DNA of 64,000 nucleotides from an uncultured Alphaproteobacteria bacterium (GTDB lineage Bacteria; Pseudomonadota; Alphaproteobacteria; Rhizobiales; Xanthobacteraceae): NCBI GenBank assembly GCA_963819935.1, contig CAWFYF010000011.1, positions 90,404 to 154,403 of the forward strand, read 5' to 3'. Shown piece by piece: positions 59,283 to 64,000 of this stretch (position 1 is its first letter; each line of letters starts with the position of its first letter). The notes under the pieces were generated by a model. It saw only the letters and a program-made list of their open reading frames with translations, ran no database searches and was not told where the DNA came from. The position numbers and the translations under genes were made by a program.

Positions 59283-59555
59283 ATGGCGCGGGCGGCATCG
59301 CCCATCGAACCAAGACCGGTCAAGATCGAGCTGCCGGACAGCGACAGGATGTTTAGAGGTCCGGGAGCGGACGCGATCAACAACAATTGTCTCGCCTGTT
59401 ACTCCGCCGGCATGGTGTTGAACCAGCCGGACTTGTCCAAACAGGCTTGGGCGGCGGAGGTCAACAAGATGATCAACGCCTACAAGGCCCCGGTTGCGCC
59501 GGAGGACGTCGGCGCGATCGTCGACTATCTGGACCGGGTCAAGGGCGCCAAATAG
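59283..59555 (+). pseudogene. cytochrome c-like ORF lacking a signal peptide and carrying CLACY instead of a CXXCH haem motif
   Basis: 90 aa. VKIELPDSDRMFRGPGADAINNNCLACYSAGMVLNQPDLSKQAWAAEVNKMINAYKAPVAPEDVGAIVDYL resembles small class I cytochromes c that partner periplasmic molybdoenzymes, but the motif His is Tyr and no hydrophobic leader occurs in any upstream frame. Confidence 0.4.
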
Positions 59556-59876
59556 CAGCTCGCCAGCATTGGCAGGCGATGATGCTCAAGCAATCTTGAG
59601 GCGATGCATGAACGACATCACTCATCGTTGATCGCGCAAGGCGGTTCGTGTGGCTCAAGATTTGAGCAGGCGTGGTGTCGTGCGTTTTCAAAATGCTAAA
59701 TTGGTTTTTGGTTGAGAACGTGGCGGCCCGCCGCCATGTTCAAACGGCTCCCGGTGTCTGCGGCGGTACCCGGGAGTCTTGTGGGCGAACCCATCCAAGA
59801 AGATATCGGGAAACGCTAAGGGCAGCCGTGGAATAATCCGCGCGCACGGTGGTTGATGATGTCTGGAGGCAAACAA

Positions 59877-60404
59877 ATGGTCTTGTTCTCGCGCAGTTTC
59901 ATTCGCAAGCGGGTGATCTCGCTGGCGACCACCGCATCGGTCGCGGCTACGTCGTTCGCCCTGGCGCAGGATCCGACGCACGCCTATCACGTCCGCGGAG
60001 CGATACCGGTTCAATACGCCGCTGAGCGACCGGACCTTTCCGCCGAGCAGCCGTTCCTGTCGGACAACGATACGGCCATGAACAGGATGATGGCGGAGAT
60101 GACGATCAAGCCGACCGGCGATGTCGATCGCGATTTCGTCGCGATGATGGTGCCGCACCATCAGGGTGCGATCGACATGGCGCAGGCCGTGCTTCGATAT
60201 GGCCGCAACGAACAGCTTCGCCGCCTGGCGCAGGAAATCATCGTGACCCAGCAGCAGGAGATCGCTGCGATGCGGCTCGCGGTCGGCGAGGAATTGCCGC
60301 CATCGGTGGCGTCTCCGACGCAAATCTCGCCAGCGCCGTCGTCCATGAGTTCTCATGGTGCGACGTCGCATGATGCCATGAAGATGAACATGAAGCAGGA
60401 GTGA
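59877..60404 (+). CDS. DUF305-family protein (four-helix, metal-associated), secreted
   Basis: ORF 59853-60404. Signal-like MVLFSRSFIRKRVISLATTASVAATSFALA, then DRDFVAMMVPHHQGAIDMAQ...LAQEIIVTQQQEIAAM and a His/Met-rich tail. Confidence 0.8.
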   Translation: MVLFSRSFIRKRVISLATTASVAATSFALAQDPTHAYHVRGAIPVQYAAERPDLSAEQPFLSDNDTAMNRMMAEMTIKPTGDVDRDFVAMMVPHHQGAIDMAQAVLRYGRNEQLRRLAQEIIVTQQQEIAAMRLAVGEELPPSVASPTQISPAPSSMSSHGATSHDAMKMNMKQE

Positions 60405-60407
60405 AAC

Positions 60408-61898
60408 ATGAGGGGCGGCCTTTCGGTTCTGGTTTTTTTCGCGGGCTTGTGCCTGTCCGGACAGACGGCGGCATGGGCCGGGCAGGCGCCCGGCGCGGCG
60501 TCCGATCCGGATATTCCGGTGAGCCATCGCGACCGGGTCTATTCGGCGGAACAGTTTTCCAACACGGTCTCGGTGACTGATCCGGTCGACAACAAATTGC
60601 TCGGCGTCATCCGCCTCGGCGATCCGCAGCCCGGCAATTTCAGCCCGCTCTACAGGGGCCAGGTTCTGGTCCACGGCATGGGCTTCTCGCCGGATCACAA
60701 GACCATTGCGGTGGTCTCGATCGGCAGCAATTCCGTCACCTTCATCGACACCGCGACCAACGCGGTCAAGCACACCAGCTATGTCGGCCGCTCGCCGCAC
60801 GAGGCGTTCTTCACCCCCGACGGCAAGGAGGTCTGGGTCACCGTCCGCGGCGAGGACTATGTCGCCGTGCTCGACGGCGAAAGCTTTGAGGAGAAGTCGC
60901 GCATCAAGGTTCCGGCCGGGCCGGGCATGCAGATTTTCTCGCCCGACGGCAAATACGGCTATGTCTGCTCGTCGTTCAATCCGGAAACGGTCGTCATCAC
61001 CGTCGCCGATCATCAGATCGTCGGCCACGTCAAGCAGGACAGCCCGTTCTGTCCGAATATCGCCGCTACCCCCGATGGCAAGCAGGTCTGGTTCACGCTG
61101 AAGGATGTCGGCAGAACGGAAGTGTTCGATGCACAACCGCCATTCTCGGTGCTGAAGTCGATCGATACCGGGCCGATCACCAACCACGTCAACATCGTCC
61201 ATAATGCCAACGGCACCTTCGCCTACGTCACGGTCGGCGGGCTGAACGAGGTCAAGGTATTTCGCACCGACGATTTCTCGCAGGTCGCCACGATTCCCGT
61301 CGGCAAGCTGCCGCACGGCATCTGGCCGTCCGGTGACGGCAGCCGGGTGTATGTCGGGCTGGAAAATGCCGACGGCATGGCCGCGATCGACACCGTCACC
61401 AACAAGCTGATTGCCACCAGCCCGGTCGGTCAGGCGCCGCAGGCGATCACCTATGTTCCGAACGCGGTGCCGGAAGGCGATGGCACGCAGGGTCTGCAGC
61501 CGCTCGGGGTCGCCGGCGAGACCGCGCATCTGTTGCTGGGGCCGATGGAAGGCCGCAAGACCGTCGGCAGCAGCGCCGGCACGGGCGGCGACGACAAGGC
61601 TTCCACCAGCGTCTCTTTGTTCGATCAGGGGCTGATCCAGGTGCTGCAGGCCGCGGTGACGGGCCTCGAGCCGAAACAGCCCTACATTCTCGCGCTGTCA
61701 CATGAGCGGGACGGCCAGGGGCCGCTGGAACCGTTGGCCGCCTTCATGACCAATCCGGCGGGCTCCGCGATCGTCAACGCCACCGGCGCGATCCGGCAGG
61801 TGGTGCACGGCGAGGACAAGATCCAGCGCCGCTATCTGGTGATTGCTGAGGGCCATGCCGACAAGCCCGGCCATGTCGTGCAGGTGCAGTTGAAATAA
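60408..61898 (+). CDS. YVTN-family beta-propeller repeat protein, secreted
   Basis: 496 aa. Signal peptide MRGGLSVLVFFAGLCLSGQTAAWA, repeated xPHxxxFSPDGK-type blades (SPDHKTIAV, TPDGKEVWV, SPDGKYGYV, TPDGKQVWF, SGDGSRVYV). Confidence 0.8.
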   Translation: MRGGLSVLVFFAGLCLSGQTAAWAGQAPGAASDPDIPVSHRDRVYSAEQFSNTVSVTDPVDNKLLGVIRLGDPQPGNFSPLYRGQVLVHGMGFSPDHKTIAVVSIGSNSVTFIDTATNAVKHTSYVGRSPHEAFFTPDGKEVWVTVRGEDYVAVLDGESFEEKSRIKVPAGPGMQIFSPDGKYGYVCSSFNPETVVITVADHQIVGHVKQDSPFCPNIAATPDGKQVWFTLKDVGRTEVFDAQPPFSVLKSIDTGPITNHVNIVHNANGTFAYVTVGGLNEVKVFRTDDFSQVATIPVGKLPHGIWPSGDGSRVYVGLENADGMAAIDTVTNKLIATSPVGQAPQAITYVPNAVPEGDGTQGLQPLGVAGETAHLLLGPMEGRKTVGSSAGTGGDDKASTSVSLFDQGLIQVLQAAVTGLEPKQPYILALSHERDGQGPLEPLAAFMTNPAGSAIVNATGAIRQVVHGEDKIQRRYLVIAEGHADKPGHVVQVQLK

Positions 61899-61951
61899 CG
61901 AACGCCGCCGGTTGCAATGTCGTATGCCCCGACAGCGGCAGACTTGGGCGG

Positions 61952-62683
61952 CTAGCTGCGGGTCTGCCTCAGGATGAACTGTCCAAGGACGCGGAATCGC
62001 GAATCGGCCGCGTCCTGACGGCATAGTGCGATCCTGTCGATACCCAGCGTTTGCAGGCCGAGCGCCGAAAAGCGATCCCGCAGCATTGTCAGAATCGGTT
62101 GGCGGCGTTGGGCGTCAAGCCGTCCCGTCAGCGTCATGTGGAAGCGGAAGTCTTCCAGCACGTAAGGATATCCGAACTGGTCGAGATAGTCGCGCTGCCT
62201 TGCCGTAAGGGCGGCGGGATTGCGCCGCGCCCGGTCCTCCGGCGTGAGCGGCGCACGGAAGCAATCGAATTCGCGCACGCAATCCGCGGCAAGCCGCGCC
62301 AGTTCGGCCGAGGGCCCGGCGGGCACGACCGCGATAAAGCCGCTGATGGAATCCACGACCGGGCGGATCACCGGGATTGCCCGAGGCGTGCCGGCAAAGG
62401 TTTCGCAGGCGGCGAGAAGCCCGGCTTCGGTCTTGCCCGGTGCCAGCGCCAACGGTGCCTTCAGCGTGGCATGGAAGCCGTATTTGCGCGGGTCACGCGT
62501 CAACTCGCGCCAATCCGGGACTGACTGCGCAATGCCATCCGGAAAGGGCAGGTCGCCGCCGCCGATCGCGTCGTAGCCGAGCAATGTTGCGCCGAAGCGA
62601 TCGAGATCGCTGCCGGGCGGGGCAACGTAATAGATTGCATAACGGGGAAAGGAGGCCATGGCGTCAGCATAAAGCCTGCTCAC
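61952..62683 (-). CDS. DUF1045-family putative phosphonate-metabolism protein (2H-phosphoesterase-like)
   Basis: 243 aa. RYAIYYVAPPGS..., two H-x-T-like motifs (GFHATLK, RFHMTLT). ATGA overlap with the phnM stop. Confidence 0.75.
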   Translation of the reverse strand: MSRLYADAMASFPRYAIYYVAPPGSDLDRFGATLLGYDAIGGGDLPFPDGIAQSVPDWRELTRDPRKYGFHATLKAPLALAPGKTEAGLLAACETFAGTPRAIPVIRPVVDSISGFIAVVPAGPSAELARLAADCVREFDCFRAPLTPEDRARRNPAALTARQRDYLDQFGYPYVLEDFRFHMTLTGRLDAQRRQPILTMLRDRFSALGLQTLGIDRIALCRQDAADSRFRVLGQFILRQTRS

Positions 62684-63873
62684 GCGGCTGCAACCGCCTC
62701 GCGCCGCGCGGGCGTTGACAGGATCAGCCGACTCGCATCGGTCAGGTGGACCAGGCGCCCGGCGGCGATGACGGCAACGATGCGCGGCCGCAGCGGCACT
62801 TCGTCATCGACGAGGATGATATCGGCGCGATTGCCCTCCGCCAGGACGCCCCGGTCGGAAAGCCCGGCCGCCTGCGCCGGCCCCGCCGAAATCAAATCCC
62901 ACGCGCGGGCCAGCGGCAGCACGCCGTCGGCGGCGAGGCGGAATGCCGCGAGCAACTGCGCCGGATAATAATAATCGGAGGCGAGCACCGAGCACAGGCC
63001 CTTGGCGATCATGTCGGACGCCCGGGTCCATCCGGTATGGCTGCCGCCACGCACGACATTGGGCGCGCCAAACACGATGGCGTCGCCGGCTTCCGCCGCG
63101 GCGCGCGCGGTTTCCTCGTTGACCGGGAATTCGGCGATAGTCACGCCCATGCGGCGAAAAGCCTCGCGCATGTCAGGGGTATCGTCGTCATGCGACAGCA
63201 TCCGCACATTGGCGTTGCGGGCCGCCTCGGCCAGCCGCGCGATCGAGGCGGGAACGTCGGGGGCACGAGCGACGACGCGCGCCACCAGCGCGTCGAACGC
63301 CTCATTGGTGAGCCCGGTGCGTTCGACCATGCGGCTTCGCTTTTGCGGCTTTGCAAGATTGGCAACCGTCGAGTCCATGTGATCGTTGAAGGCGAACAGG
63401 TCGATACGCCCGTCGGACAGCCATTGGCTGATTTCGGTCTCCGCGTCGAGATTGTAGGTTTCCTGGCGCAAATGGAAGCGGGTGTCCGCGGCCAGTTGCG
63501 GCCGCATGGCTTCGATCGCCTCGAGCAGCAGCCTGGCATTGTCGGCGCCGCGCAGGCCCGGCTCCCAAGACCAGGTCGTGGCGTGAAACACGGTCGTGAT
63601 GCCGTTGCCGACCGCCTGCCGGTCGCTGTCGGTCAGCGCCACGTCGACGGGGAAATCGACACCGGGGCGCGGCATCATCTGCCGCTCGAAGGCATCGCCA
63701 TGCAGATCGATGATCCCGGGCAGCACCTTCAGGCCGCTAGCGTCGAGGCCCAATGCCGCGCGGCCATGGCGAGCGCCAGCCGCAGCGATCTCGCCGTTCT
63801 CGATCCGCAGCGAGGTGTCAGCGAATTCGCCGCCGAGCAGCGCCTCGCCGCCTTCAATGAGAATGTCCGTCAT
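62680..63873 (-). CDS. phnM: alpha-D-ribose 1-methylphosphonate 5-triphosphate diphosphatase
   Basis: 397 aa. GIIDLHGDAFE, SHDDDT, GAPNVVRGGSHTG, SDYYYP amidohydrolase motifs of PhnM. Confidence 0.88.
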   Translation of the reverse strand: MTDILIEGGEALLGGEFADTSLRIENGEIAAAGARHGRAALGLDASGLKVLPGIIDLHGDAFERQMMPRPGVDFPVDVALTDSDRQAVGNGITTVFHATTWSWEPGLRGADNARLLLEAIEAMRPQLAADTRFHLRQETYNLDAETEISQWLSDGRIDLFAFNDHMDSTVANLAKPQKRSRMVERTGLTNEAFDALVARVVARAPDVPASIARLAEAARNANVRMLSHDDDTPDMREAFRRMGVTIAEFPVNEETARAAAEAGDAIVFGAPNVVRGGSHTGWTRASDMIAKGLCSVLASDYYYPAQLLAAFRLAADGVLPLARAWDLISAGPAQAAGLSDRGVLAEGNRADIILVDDEVPLRPRIVAVIAAGRLVHLTDASRLILSTPARREAVAAA

Positions 63874-64000
63874 GATGCTGCACTTCGTTTCGGGGCGGGC
63901 GATCGGCTGACGCTGGCCGCAGCCTCGTATTTTGCGAGAAAGTCCTCGACCGAAAGCTTGCGAAAATCGGGCAGCGCCTTGCGCAAACTTTCATGGCTCC
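63870..64000 (-). CDS. 3' end of an unidentified gene translationally coupled to phnM (5' part outside window)
   Basis: The reverse-strand frame is open from the window edge: ...SHESLRKALPDFRKLSVEDFLAKYEAAASVSRSPAPKRSAAS*, with the stop overlapping the phnM ATG (ATGA). It is too short to assign. Confidence 0.35.
   Translation of the reverse strand, partial: SHESLRKALPDFRKLSVEDFLAKYEAAASVSRSPAPKRSAAS

Overview
High-GC (roughly mid-60s % by eye) chromosomal segment. Gene content and protein sequences look like a Bradyrhizobium/Rhodopseudomonas-type alphaproteobacterium; this is inference only, since no search was possible. I support about 62 protein-coding genes. I saw no rRNA, tRNA, CRISPR array, transposase, integrase or phage genes. 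All functional calls come from motifs read in the supplied translations, not from database hits.

Blocks:
(1) 1-17.7 kb, all on the + strand: an amide/urea nitrogen-scavenging array. It runs Liv-type ABC genes, amidase-signature amidase, SDR, amiC-amiR, a strong intrinsic terminator, a Urt-type ABC transporter, aliphatic amidase amiE, then a two-subunit-type urease operon in the order ureE-F-(AB fused)-C-G-D.
(2) 17.7-20.8 kb, - strand: an orphan NorQ/CbbQ AAA+ and NorD/CbbO VWA pair.
(3) 21.1-29.0 kb: an itaconate-type CoA-dependent C5-dicarboxylate locus (family III CoA-transferase, MaoC hydratase, CitE-like lyase) convergent with a TRAP transporter that carries two DctP binding proteins.
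(4) 29.4-32.8 kb: a divergent acyl-CoA-dehydrogenase-like gene overlapping a MoxR/CoxD-like AAA+ and a CoxE-like VWA gene.
(5) 32.8-47.7 kb: protocatechuate 4,5-cleavage (lig/pmd-type) genes, pobR-pobA, a second ligAB pair and PPK2.
(6) 49.6-52.6 kb: a cytochrome b561 / EB_dh(DOMON-like) fusion protein plus a [2Fe-2S]-FNR reductase.
(7) 52.9-59.1 kb: a His-capped, Cys-free, non-RTX repeat protein divergent from a PrtD/PrtE-type T1SS whose ABC/MFP junction carries in-frame tandem repeats.
(8) 59.2-64 kb: a degenerate cytochrome c-like ORF, a DUF305 + YVTN beta-propeller pair, a DUF1045 gene and phnM.

Six otherwise well-conserved genes are interrupted by single-nucleotide indels. Three of these fall within 3.4 kb of the lig cluster.

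Most promising uncharacterised modules:
- the cytochrome b561-EB_dh + reductase pair
- the T1SS with its unusual candidate cargo
- the ACAD-like-MoxR-VWA triad
- the orphan NorQ/NorD pair
None can be called novel without database searches.
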